Shown: piece by piece, positions 14,479-26,439 of the stretch
How the letters are laid out: each line of letters begins with the position of its first letter
Position numbering within the stretch: the stretch's first letter is position 1
Assembly (NCBI GenBank): GCA_024679065.1
Contig: JAGIQG010000014.1
Span: forward strand, 28,024,001-28,088,000
DNA from: Sphyrna mokarran
Taxonomy: Eukaryota
DNA: 64,000 nucleotides
Direction of reading: 5' to 3'
The notes under the pieces: model-generated
What the model was told of the DNA's origin: nothing
Database searches by the model: none
Seen by the model: the letters and a program-made list of their open reading frames with translations, nothing else
Program-made: the position numbers and the translations under genes

Positions 14479-14823
14479 AAAAATCCATAGCAAGTTTATG
14501 GGCCCATGTGAGAATAACCACTATTGACCATAAAATCTGGACCACTAGCACTGGAGACTTGGTAAATAAACTTGTTGTTGAAGCAAGTTGTTTTATTTCC
14601 CAGGCTTTATGAGTACAACAGAACTGAGCACTTTTGCCTACTCATTCAAGCTGGCACACAATGAACTTTGTTAGGCATTTATCAGCACAATCCAGATCTT
14701 TAGCTTAATGGCAAGCTGATCCTCTGTGGGAATGTCTCCCACCTCCATGAACCCTGAGCACCAACGGTCAATTTAAGAGGGCAAGTAAAACCCAGTCCTG
14801 AAGAGAGCTACTAGCTACATAAC

Positions 14824-14912
14824 GGGATGTATGTTATGTAGGGATAACATACATCCCTACATAATGTATATAGGGATACATTATCCCTATATAATGTATA
14901 GGGATAATATAT
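14824..14912. repeat. Cluster of overlapping short inverted repeats
   Basis: gggatgtatgttat / ataacatacatccc perfect 14-bp inverted pair, followed by re-used ataatgtat, atacattat, tatccctat, atagggata segments. Confidence 0.8.
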
Positions 14913-16832
14913 CACAGGCAGGGATACCAGGAACTAAACATCTACACTAATATTCAATTGTTTTAGTTCATCAGGAGTGGAGGCATTGCTCCACCCAAGC
15001 TTGTTTTAAAATAGAACTAATGTTAGATCTCTCTTAATAAGTTTTCAGACTTTGGGATTGACACCATCAACAGCAGATTAACACATTGGCCATTCACTCC
15101 ATTGCTTTTGATATTGCACAATATTGTAACCAACTCTTCAGCAACTTTGGTTAATTCACCACAGGATGACCAATTATGCACATCAGTCCAACTGCTGTTC
15201 AGGCTAATGTTGGCAACTAACGTGGGACATCTTGGTGGTGCATGAACTGGCCACTAGATGGGGTACAGGACGATTTTTGTAGCCCACAGGAATCATTTGG
15301 CAATAGGAGCAGAGGAATGCTGAACATATTGTGCCCCAATTCCTACCTATGTTAAAAAAAATTGACTACTGCATGGGTTTAAAGTGTAAATTCATGCTTG
15401 AGGAGGGAATTACACACGGAATTTGAGTTATCACCAGCAGCAACAAGTTGTATGCTGGAAAGAGTGTTCTGGCACAGATGCCGAATCATTATTTTCTCTG
15501 TATGGGATAATACAGGTATCCTATTGTCTTTGCATAGACGTGGCTCACCATCTTGCCTCTCCCCTACTCCACTCCAAAAAACACCAGCATCTGAACATCA
15601 GAACTACCTCCTTGCCCCAAACAAACACTTTGGCTCAAACAAACATTTTTACTCAGTGCACATTCTAACCTCTCGTAGTGCTTTTGTGGATCTGGGTCAG
15701 GTTGATTAGCTTCCTACTGTGCTGTATCCAGTCCTGATGGTATAGCTGTTGTGGTATTAGGCCAGGACCAATTGACAAGCTTGACTTTCCTTCTAGAATA
15801 AGCAAAATACTGCGGATGCTGGTATCTGAAACAAGAGCAGAGGATTCTGGAAAAACTCAACAGGTCTGGCAGCAACTGTAAGGAGAGAAAGCAGCATTAA
15901 CATTTTAAATCTACTTGGCTCTTCATCAGATCCAAAGAGATGGAGAAATGAGTTCAACAACTCTGGACGGTAACCTTTTTGCCCCATTTTAAACCCCTTT
16001 TAAACACATACATTGTCGCCTCAAAGTCCCTCTCCCACACCAGGCCATCTGGCTTTTGTTCTTAAAGTTACTGCATCTTGTTGCAAACTCTCATACTTAC
16101 AGTTTAATGATTAATACATTTCTTCTCTTTAGTTGTGATGAGGAACCAAATGGATTCCAAATGTTAAATCTGCTTCCTCTCCCTACAGATGCTGCCAGAC
16201 CTGCTGAATTTTTCCAGCTTTCTCTGGTCTACTGTCTTGCCTTCTGTCATCTTTGTACCTTTGAATAGTTAAGAACAGTAGCTGAGCATGTGACTTTTAC
16301 ATCTGCAAAATATTTTACACAAGTTAGACTGAGATTTGTATGAAGTGGCAGTCGATCACATCAGTTGGGCCACGCAGAATTGAGAAGTCTTCCTTACCAT
16401 GGAAGTACATAGGATGCAAATCAGAAATAGGCAACATGTGCTGCAAGCATATCAGTGCAGAGTCTGCCTTCACACCAAAGCCTTACCTTCAGTGTTATAG
16501 GACAAGGACAAAGACAGTAGACATGTGGGAACATCACCACCCCTTCAAAGTCATTCACCATCCTGACTTAGAAATATATTGCTGTTCCTTCACTGCCGCT
16601 GGGTCAGAATCTTGGAACTCCTTCCCAACAGCAGTGTGGGTGTGCCTACACCAAAGGGGCTGCAGCAATTAAAGAAGGCAGGTCAGATGTGAGCAGCATA
16701 CTTTGGGTGGACAAACAATCTCCAGAACCACATCGAAACCCCAACCAAACAACAAAACAGAACACAACTGAACTTTGGAGAGCAGGATATTCGTGTGTCA
16801 GTGTTCCTATATTATTATTGGGATGGCACAGT

Positions 16833-17150
16833 GGAGCAGCACGGTGGCACAGCAGTTAACACTGCTGCCTCACAGTGCCAGGAACCCTGGTTCGGTTCCT
16901 GGCTTGGGTCATTGTATGGAGTTTGCAGATTCTCTCCGTGTCTGCTAGATTTTCTCCAGGTTCTCCCGTTTTCTTCCACAGTCCTAAAGATGTGCAGGTT
17001 AGTTGCACTAGCCATGCTAAATTCTCCCTCAGTATCAGTGGGACTAGCTGGGGTAAATGTACAGAGATAAGGCCTGGGTGGGATTATGGTCACTGCAGAC
17101 TCAATGGGCCGAATGACCTTCTTCAGCACAGTAGGATTCTGTGATTCTAT
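16833..17150 (+). mobile_element. V-SINE (HE1-like)
   Basis: Same head, V-domain and attct-repeat tail as other copies. Confidence 0.8.
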
Positions 17151-17459
17151 AATTATGATTTATTCCATCATCTTACTGTGATAATGGGAGGGCTGATAGG
17201 ATTGTAATTGATTGAGTAAGAGTTATAATGCTTTTCATAGAACATACTTGATTAATCTGTAATGTTATTGCAGTGACAACAATATTAGCGCAGTGCCTGA
17301 TGGCCAATGTCTCGGCTTTCACTGCAGCACAAGCAGAAGACACACAATGCCTGGGAGTAACAGTGGAAGCTCAGACTGAATCATGCAATCTTAGCTTGTC
17401 ACCATGCAAAGTGCTGCCTGATATCACATAGACATACCAATACCACCCTGGCAATTAAT

Positions 17460-18975
17460 AATAAAAAATGAGGAAATCATGGAAGCATTGACCAGGTATC
17501 TTGCATTTGTCTTTATTGCTGCAGACACATTAAAAAAAAAATCCCAAAAATGCTTGAACATCAAGAGGTAAAGGGAGGGAGGAATGTAAGATAATCACAA
17601 TCACTAGGATAAAGATACTGAAGGTAAAGCTAATAGAAATAAAGGCTATCAAATCCCCTCAACCTGATAGTTTGCATCCTGAGATCTTAAAAGGACTGGC
17701 TGCAGAGATAGTGGATGCACTATTTGGAATCTTTCAAAATTCTCTGTGTTCTGGAGAGATCGCAGTGGATTGGAAAATCACTAATGTAATTGATTCAATG
17801 GGGTGGGAGACACAGGAAATTATAGGCTAGTTAGCCTAATGTCTGTCATAGGAGGTAGTTCTGTAATCTATTTTTGGAGTGCTAATAACAGGGAGAGCGC
17901 TAATTCTATCAGGGAGAGTCAGCATGGTTTTGTAAATGTAACATCATATTTGACTCATTTATTGGAGTTCTTTGAAGAAGTAACATCAAGGTGGCTAGAG
18001 AGGAATCTGTAGATACGGTATCCTTGCCTTTCTAAAAGGCATTCAGTAAGGTGTCACATCAAAGATTAATACACAAGATAAGGTAACATATTACAGGAAT
18101 CAGAGAGTGGGGATAAATGGGTCATTTTCAGGTTGGCAATTGTTACTAGTGGAGTGCCATGAAGATCAGTGCTGAGGTCTCATGACTGGAGGTATGGTAG
18201 TTAAACTTGCTGATGATACAAAAGATAAGCAGCAAAGTAAGTTGTCAATGGAAATTTGAGTAAGCTGAGAGGGTAGCAAGAAGTTAATGGATGTAGTAAG
18301 TGAGATATCATCCAGGAGGAATAGGAAAACCAGTATTTTATTTGAATGGGATCTCTATATCACAGAAATATTTGGGTAACTTGTTACATGAATCACAGAA
18401 AATTAGTCTGCAGGTACAGCAGGTGATTAGGAAGGCAAATAGAATGTTGGTATTTAATGCAGGGGGAGTTGAGTATAAAAGTATGGAATTGTTATGGGGC
18501 CTTAGTTAGATCACATCTGTAGTACTGCGCGCAGTGTTTGTTTCCTTGCTTACATTAGAAACAGTTCAGAGAAAATGCACTTGACTAACTGCTGTGATGA
18601 AAGGATTTTCTTATGAAAAGGACTGAGCAGGTTGGGCCTGTACCCATTGGAGTATAGAAGAATGAGAGATGATCTTATATAAACATATGAGATTTTGAAC
18701 AGTTTTACAAAATGGATGCTGTGAAGTTGTTTCTCTTTATGGGGGAGGCTAGAACTAGTGGACACTAGTTTAATAATTAGTGGTTTCTCACTTGAGGCTG
18801 AGAGGAGAATCTTTTTCTTTACAAGTGGTTTGATTGTGCAAATCTCTTCACAGAGCATTGGAGGCTGGGTTGTTGAATTTATTCAAGACTAAGTTAGATA
18901 GACTTTTGAACAAGGGAACCAACAATTATGGGGGGCAGACAGGAAAGTGCAGATCAGCCATGATCTTATCAAATA
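17460..18975 (+). mobile_element. Decayed CR1 LINE ORF2
   Basis: Frameshifted remnants: GNYRLVSLMSV, ESQHGF, LLEFFEEVT, LADDTK-like, QVIRKANRML. Confidence 0.8.
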
Positions 18976-20139
18976 GTTTCTAATTACCAAGATGCCAAAT
19001 ACTGGCTCAGTAGTATTCTTGTGTTCTGACTACAGATCCAAAGGCTTTTGCAGGGTCTTGCAGCACTCCAGCAACCCATCCTCGAATGGATCTCTAGGCC
19101 CAGGAAGTGACAGTGGTTCTGTGAGGACACCTGTCACAGCCTGGAAGGACCCTAATGTCAAAATCATGGCTATCGTCACCTTCGCAGCTAATGGTAAAGT
19201 TATCCTTTCCCTCTCTGAGAGTGTACAAAGAAAGTCTTGTGATGTAGCGGCAGCGTCCCTGCCTCTGGGCCAGAAGCTCTGAGTTCAACTCTCATTCCAG
19301 GAAGGTACATTCACAATGTGACCAAACAGATTGATTCTCAGGATAACAGAAGCAAAATATTGTGGATGCTGGAAATGTGAAATAAAAACAGAACATTCTG
19401 AATAAACTTGGCAGGCTTGGCAGCACCCAAGGAGACAGAAACACAATTAGTGTTTCAAGTCCATGTGACTTATATACAGAACTGAAGAGGGATATTACTT
19501 ACCTGGGGGTGGTGGGGGAAGCGGGGGGAGTTGGCGTGGGTGGCAGAATGGAAATGAGGAAAGATGGAGCTGGCTGGGCCTATACGCATTGGAATTTAGA
19601 AAAATCAGAGAATACGGGCTGGATTTTTGTCACCTGAAACAGATCTGAACAGAGCCCTGATCAAAAAGAAAATGGCCGCAAAATTGTTTGCTCCAATACC
19701 CCGCCTCTATAGATGACCAAAGTTTTTGTGAAAATGTGGGGAGCACAAAGGAATGCAGATTTATACAAAAGTTTCAACACAAAGTTTCAGAGGAGTGTAA
19801 GCCTAAATTTTTGTGTTAAAGTCCTAGAAAGAAATTCAAACCATAGATTTCACAGAAGTATTAGAAAAAGAGCAACAACTGTACAGTGGGCTGAAAGGCT
19901 TTGTTCCAAGTTGTGCTATTTTGTGATTCTATGACGATTCCGCCCCAAGTCTTCCTGTTTACTGGTGCAGTGGATTTCATGCTAAGATATATGCTCTTCC
20001 TATCTACATCCTCCTAGGTTCTTCTGTCTGAGTTGTTGTTGAGTAATTAAGGTACCCTCTTAAGGATTGGAATCCCTGGAGTTGCTAACCAGTGAATTAG
20101 ATTCTTCTTTCTGTAAGGAATCCATGTCATTCATTTTAA

Positions 20140-20478
20140 GAATCATAGAAATCCTACTGTCAGAAGAAGGCCATTTGGTCCATCAAATCTGCACCAATGA
20201 CAATTCCACCTGGACCCTGTCCCTGAAATCTTACATATTTACCCTGCTAATCTTTCCAACATATACACCCCGGGACACTAAGGGGCAATTTAGTATGGTC
20301 AGTCAACCTAACCTACACATCTTTGGACTGTGGGAGGAACCTGGAGCACCTGGAGGAAACCCATGCAGACACAGGGAGAATGTGCAAACTCCACACAGAC
20401 AGTGACCCAAGCCAGAAATCGAACTCAGGTCCCTGGAGCTATGAGACAGCAGTGCTAACCACCGTGCCACCATGCCGC
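20140..20478 (-). mobile_element. V-SINE (HE1-like)
   Basis: Near-complete reverse-complement copy ending gctaaccaccgtgccaccatgccgccc. Confidence 0.85.
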
Positions 20479-20737
20479 CCAGAAGATGCACATTAACTTG
20501 TAATTCAGAGGTTTCTGAAAATGAGACAAAGTAATTTAATATGTGCAAAGAACATCTGGAGACTGTAACTACTAAAACCATCCCATTACCATCCTGGGAC
20601 CTAACTACTTCCCTTCAACTTTTCAAACTCCATTATGTCTCTTACTTCAGCTTGTTGAGCCTCCTACTCCTCATACCTATTGAAAGACGTGTATTAATAT
20701 GTTGCTGTTGATCTGACGATTTTGTCATAGCAGAGAA

Positions 20738-21103
20738 AGGGAGGCAATGGCCTAGTAGTATTATCATTAGACTATTAATCCAGAAACTCAGCTAATTTTC
20801 TGAGGACCCAGGTTCAAATCCCACCACAGCAAATGGTGGAATTTGAATTAATTTTTAAAAAACCTGGAATTAAGAATCTACTGATGACTATGATACCATT
20901 GTCGATTGTTGGAAAAACCCATCTGATTCACTAATGTCCTTTTAGAAGGATATCTGCTGTTGTTATCTGATCTAATCTACATGTGACTCCAGAGCCACAG
21001 AAATGTGTTTGACTCTCAACTGCCCTCCAAGGGCAACTAGGGATGGGAAATAAATGCTAGATAGTCAGTTATGCCCACGTCCCATGAATGAATTAAAAAA
21101 AAA
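20738..21103 (+). mobile_element. Second tRNA-derived SINE family (DeuSINE/SacSINE-like)
   Basis: Pol III box A-like tggcctagtagt and box B-like ggttcaaatccc; A-rich tail after atgaatgaat; paralog at 56616-56981. Family name is from memory. Confidence 0.7.
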
Positions 21104-21469
21104 CACATTCAAAATTGAAAGATACCAAACATTGGCTCAGTAGTGCAAACCTAGTTTAATATTTGCCCTTAAAGACAAACACAAACTGAAAGGACATAAT
21201 AGAATGTTAAATGGTTTTAAGGCAGAGAACTTGGAATGTAAACTAACACTGTGGCAGCTGGATATGTTGGTGGTAAAAGTCAGTGTAGAAAATATATGAC
21301 GGATAATAGCTTGTCTCATTTCATAGTGTTGTACATTACTGGGAAAGAACAAATTGTGACTACGTCAAGGAAAATCTTATCACTGTCAGAACTAATATTA
21401 GAATCTAAAGTTCAACTGACCAGATTCTACAACGGATGTAACCTAGATTGTTCCAACCTGCAATTGGTG

Positions 21470-21736
21470 TCCAGAGCAATTGCTTGTGTTGTGGCTTATT
21501 TCATTGTACAATTATTGTTTCTTAGGTAAGTTTCTGGAAAAACAATAATGCATTATATCATCCATGCCAGTGAGTAATTGATACAATCTGGCTAATAATT
21601 GTGTCCTTTGCCTATCTGTTCATTCTCTATACACTTACTCTGTCAATGCAATGAGCACTGAGTTATTACTGTCTTTATCTGGATTGTTTCAGGTCCAGTC
21701 TTCTCTGTAAGAGGATCTGAGGTGCGAGGATTCCTG
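21470..21736 (+). pseudogene. Relic TIM leader exon, short intron and first 44 nt of an IgV exon
   Basis: Hydrophobic AIACVVAYFIVQLLFL with gtaagt donor (21526) but no ATG and wrong phase; acceptor ttatctggattgtttcag and exon start (21693) G-P-V-F-S-V-R-G-S-E-V-R-G-F-L match 24188 and 49361, then homology stops at about 21736. Confidence 0.8.
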
Positions 21737-21939
21737 CGATACACTGCAGACACCATGTCAGAGACAAAGGTGAATCTAGAATGTGCTAAGGCCTTAACAC
21801 TCAGCTAGAAGCACAGCCTGAGTACCGGCACCTCAAACTCTTATCAAGCATATCAGGACAGAATTAACCAAAGGTTCAACTCCAGCCAGACGATTTTTAT
21901 CATTCACTCAGATCATTCCTGTCTGCAGTGTTCAGCAGA

Positions 21940-21991
21940 ATGTTAGTAACTGAACTTGTGCCTCATTTCACTATATTAATTTTTACTTTAG
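21940..21991 (+). CDS. TIM-like gene copy A, signal peptide exon (MLVTELVPHFTILIFTL-G)
   Basis: ATG 21940, 52 nt, phase-1 G|GTAAGT donor in frame with IgV exon at 24188; hydrophobic core. Confidence 0.7.
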
Positions 21992-22394
21992 GTAAGTTTC
22001 TGAATTTTAGATTTTCTTTTGCATTATATCATGTTAATTTAAGTTATTTAAAGATACATACTGACTTTATGAGGGATAGAACATTAATCTACTAAAATAG
22101 TAAAGGATGGGGTTGCTAAATAACAAGGGTTTGGTTAAATAAACCATGTTTGTGTTACCTTGAGCTGAGGAGTTTAAGGAATTGTCTAAGGGATTTGGTA
22201 GGGCAGATACAATACAAGAAATCATTTTCCCCTGCAAAGTGAATTCAGAATAGGATGGATGCAGCATCTGAATTACTTAGCTCATTCAAGAGCGAACTCA
22301 GGAAGAATTTTATCACACAAAGGGAAGAGAAATCTGAAAGTTTCTCCCAAAAGCTTCTGGATCCTGGATTAAAGGGTGCTTTCATGAGTGAAAT

Positions 22395-23800
22395 CAAAGA
22401 ACAAAGAACAAAGAACAAAACAGCACAGGAAACAGGCCCTTCGGCCCAACGAGCCCGCGCCGCCACCCCGATGTTCCCATCTCTACCCGCGATCCCTGTC
22501 CATATTTATAGATCAGTGGATTTAAAAACCAAATTTGAGACAATTTAGGGAGAATTTGTTTTGCCAATTAGCCTAAGAGCATATCTTTGGGATGTGGGAG
22601 GAAACCAGAGCACCCGGAGAAAACCAACGCAAGCACGGTAAGAATGCGCAAACTCCCACAGACACAGGCCCAAATCCATGTATCTGCACAGCACAGCGAT
22701 ACTCACTGGGCTGTCATGTTGCCCATCAGAATGTCCAGGTCAAGCGTACACAAACAACGTGAAGCAGTAGGATACTCTCGAAAAAGATCCAAGAGCAGTC
22801 CTCTCACGACCCATCGCGTGTATGCCCCTCGTTAGACAACAAGGTGGACCAAAGCACCTGTAGGATAAAAACAAGTACATCAATATCATCATCTATTTAC
22901 ACACTTCCCAGGGACTCCCAAGGCTCATGATCCCTATTTTAAATCAGTTTTCTATACCCCTCCATTCCCATTCTGTTCATGTGCCCATCTAAGTATTTCT
23001 TAAATAACTCCAGAGTACCTGCCTCCACCACTTTACTTGGCAGGGCATTCCATACCCCCACCACCCTCTGTGTGAAAAAACTCCCTCTAGCATCCAAATT
23101 ATACCTTACCCCCCTCACCCTAAGCCCATGACCCCTCGTGCTATTTGAGTCCATCCTAGGAAAAAGCTTAACCCTGTTTAGTCTATCAATCCCCTTCAAA
23201 ATCTTGTACACCTCTATCAGATCTCCTCTAAGTCTACGTCTTTCTAAGGAAAACAGTCCCAATTTGCCTAATCTCTCCTCATAACTCAGACCTTCCATAC
23301 CAGGCAGCATCCTGGTAAACCTCCTCTGCACTCTCTCCAGAGTCTCCAAGATCCTTCTGGTAGTAAGGCGACCAGAACTGGATGCAGTATTCCAAATGAG
23401 GTCTAACCAACGTTTTATACAACTGCAACATTAAAGGCCAGCTCTTGTACTCTATACCCCTTCCTATAAAGGCTAACATACTATATGCTTTCTTCACAAC
23501 CTTCTCCACTTGCTCTGCCACCTTCAGAGACTTGTTCACCTGCACCCCCAGATCCCTCTGCGTTTCTATACTCTTAATAGGTCTACCCTTTATCATATAC
23601 CTCCCCCCTACATTCTTTCTCCTGAAATGCATCACCTCACATTTATCAGGATTGAATTCCATCTGCCATCTGTCTGCCCAAGCTACCAGCCTATCTATGT
23701 CCTGCTGTATTGCCTGACAAGTCCAGCCATCTTTGTATCATCTGCAAACTTGCTGATCACTCCACTTACTCCCTCTTCCAAGTCATTTATATATATTACA
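22395..23800 (-). mobile_element. Young 5'-truncated CR1 LINE with long V-domain-containing 3'UTR, in intron 1 of TIM copy A
   Basis: FADDTK, MEFNPDKCEVMHF, LVRPHLEYC, FFTQRVVGVWNALP; nearly identical to 60672-61967; (ttgttct)n tail. Confidence 0.92.
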
Positions 23801-24187
23801 AATAGAAGAAAAGAGAAGTGTATGATAGGTCGAAGCAGCTGGGAACCGAGACAGCATTGAAGGAATATAGAGAGAGTAGGAGGGAGCTCAAACAGGGAGT
23901 TAGAAGGGCAAAAAGGGGGCATGAAATGATTTTGGCGGATATATAGTAGATATAATCAGTAGATAGCTAAGAATATGGAGCTGAGGTGGATAAGTGAAAT
24001 GCTGGCACCGACCAGCCTTGATCTTACTGAATGGTTGGAGCATGATTGAATGTCCTATTCTTGCTCCTGTCTTACACACGAGCTGGTATTTTCAGTTTTT
24101 TGCATCTGTCTGGCCACACTCCTTTCACTTTCTCTCTCACTGCAATGGGATACTGAATTATTACTGTCTTTATCTGGATTGTTTCAG

Positions 24188-24535
24188 GTTCAGTCCCCTC
24201 TGTAAGAGGATCTGAAGTGCGAGGATTCCTGGGGCAGTCAGTCACATTGCCCTGCACGTACTCTGTTACACAGAATGGTAAAACTGAAATGTGCTGGGGC
24301 CGGGGATGGTGCCCTATATCGCACTGTTCACAAACACTGATTGAAACAAATGGGAAAACTGTAACTTCCAGAATCTCTGAAAAATACCATCTTGATGGTA
24401 AAATAGAGGAAGGGGATGTATCTCTCACCGTGGATAATCTCAGTGAAGGAGACAGTGGCTGGTATTGCTGCCGTGTAGAGATATCCGGCCTTCTTAATGA
24501 TCAGAAAGAGAATTTCAATCTGCTGGTTTTGGAGG
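24188..24535 (+). CDS. TIM/HAVCR-family IgV domain exon, copy A
   Basis: ag/gtaag bounded 348-nt phase 1-1 exon; VTLPCTY, MCWGRGWCPISHC, GDVSLT, DSGWYCCRVEISGLLND: six cysteines and FG-loop xxND motif diagnostic of TIM-1/3/4 family. Orthology to HAVCR1, HAVCR2 or TIMD4 cannot be assigned. Confidence 0.95.
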
Positions 24536-24623
24536 GTAAGTCAGTTCAATATTATACATTACTAATATTTCTCTCATTTCAATACTGATTTGTTGTTGAT
24601 ATCTGTGATAAATCAGAGATGTC

Positions 24624-24965
24624 ATAGAATCCCTATTGTGCAGAATGAGGCCATTGGGCCCACTGAACCTGCAACAATGATAATCCCACCCTAGGCCCTA
24701 TCCCAGTAACCCCACATATTTACCCTGCTTATTCACCTGACATTAAGGGGCAATTTAGCATGGCCAATCAATCTACACCACCGCCCCCCCCGCCTCCACA
24801 CACACACATCTTGGACTGTGGGAGGAAACCTAAGCAAAGAGAAAACCCGTGCAGATACGGGGACAACATGCAGATTCCACATAGAAAGTCAACTGAAAGT
24901 GGAATTGAATCTGGGGGCCCTGATGCTGTGAGGCAACAGTGCTAACAACTACACGACTGTGCCTT
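24624..24965 (-). mobile_element. V-SINE (HE1-like)
   Basis: Reverse-complement copy (catagaatccct...ggggcaatttagcatggccaa...ctgtgaggcaacagtgctaac). Confidence 0.8.
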
Positions 24966-25107
24966 CCTGAATATTGGGAGCTGTGATACGTTTACACAAT
25001 GCAGAAGGTGGTGGCGTACAGTTTGAATTTATTGATATCTTAAGGAAAAGAGTTTTGTGTATTTGTTATAGTGACAGAACATGGGCAGAAGAGATACCAA
25101 TGTCTCG

Positions 25108-25256
25108 TACTGCTGCCGTGTACATAGTATTGGCCTCTTTAATGACCAGAAAGTAAATTCCAGTCTCCTGCTTTTGGAGAATCTGTTCAATATAATCCAT
25201 TCATTGTATTTCTCACACCTGAATTGCTTATCTAGATTTATTGTCGCTATCTCTGT
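25108..25256 (+). pseudogene. Relic 3' end of a TIM IgV exon (YCCRVHSIGLFNDQKVNSSLLLLE) plus homologous intron
   Basis: 25108-25179 translates to the F-G strands of the TIM IgV; donor GT lost; downstream sequence resembles 24541-24607. Confidence 0.85.
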
Positions 25257-26439
25257 TTAATGTCAAGGCTTATGCTAAACGTAGGTGCAGTACAACAGAG
25301 AAAAATACAAAAGTGGAATCTGTCTGCTGGAGCATGTTATTCCTTGCTGAATCTGGAGGCAGGCAGCTGTACATCTTTAACTGGTTGCATAAGTATTGCC
25401 CTTACGCATTTAAAACAGCATAAGGCCTCAATTCCAAATTTGTAAGCTCTTTAATGAGTAACTGTCCTCTTTGTGAAACATCTGGTTATAGGAGTTTGGG
25501 GACCACCTTTGATATTCCGTCTAATTTTCCTTTGCCATGTGTGGTTTGCTTATTGTCAAGTGTGGTACATTTCTGAGAGAATGTTGCTGGTCTTTATGGA
25601 AATGATGACAAAAGACTAACAACTTAAACAATTTAGCAGCTCTTACATGCCAGGAATGTGATTGCACTATTGACATGTTACTTGCACAGGTCATCAAGAT
25701 GTACAGATGAATACAAACATCTCAATCCTGACTGATGAGTGCTGGGTAGAAATTTAGAGGCTAAAATGAATGGTTGAAAAGTCAATGTGCTGGGAAATCC
25801 AGAAGGAAAAACTCTAGCCGTGATTCAACTCAGAAACAGAAAACACTAGAAGTACTCAGCAGGTCTGGCCACTTCTATGGAGTGAGAAATAGATTGGCAA
25901 TCCATTCAAACTTTTCCAAGCCTCAATGCTGCTCTGCATTTCTTGCCTGAATTTCCAAGCCTGGTTTATGGAGAGCAGCATTGCTCAGAGACCTCCAGAG
26001 CAGCATTGTAGCAAAGTGATGAAGACAGAATACTTCCCATTTTTTACGGCCTTAGTTTCCTCATCATAAGTTCAAATGTCCAGTGCAAATGTTAGTGAAT
26101 GGGCTGAGTGTTTGAAGAGGGAATGAATAGGATGGTAGGTGGATAGGTTTGTAGGTAGATGAAGTGGTAGCTGGGTCAGGGAATAATCAGGTTGGCAGGG
26201 TGGACAGTTGAGTTGGATTGGGAGGGGCAATCAAGTGTTTGGGTGGTCAGGAAGTACTCTGGTTGGGTTAAGGTGGATCAGGGGTGACTATACGATAGGA
26301 GGTAGTCAGCTTGGGGATTGGGATTTAGTGGGTTAGTCGGGAGGTAAGAATAAGTACTGAGGGATAGTCGGGGGTAGGGTATTGTGAGTTAACATAATGA
26401 TTGGATGTTTTTGGAGGGGAGACAGGGAGTGTCATTATG

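Noticed and set aside
24188-24600. Rearranging Ig/TCR/IgNAR V segment
   Set aside because: Complete V domain including G strand in one exon, TIM-specific cysteines, splice donor instead of a CACAGTG heptamer/nonamer RSS.
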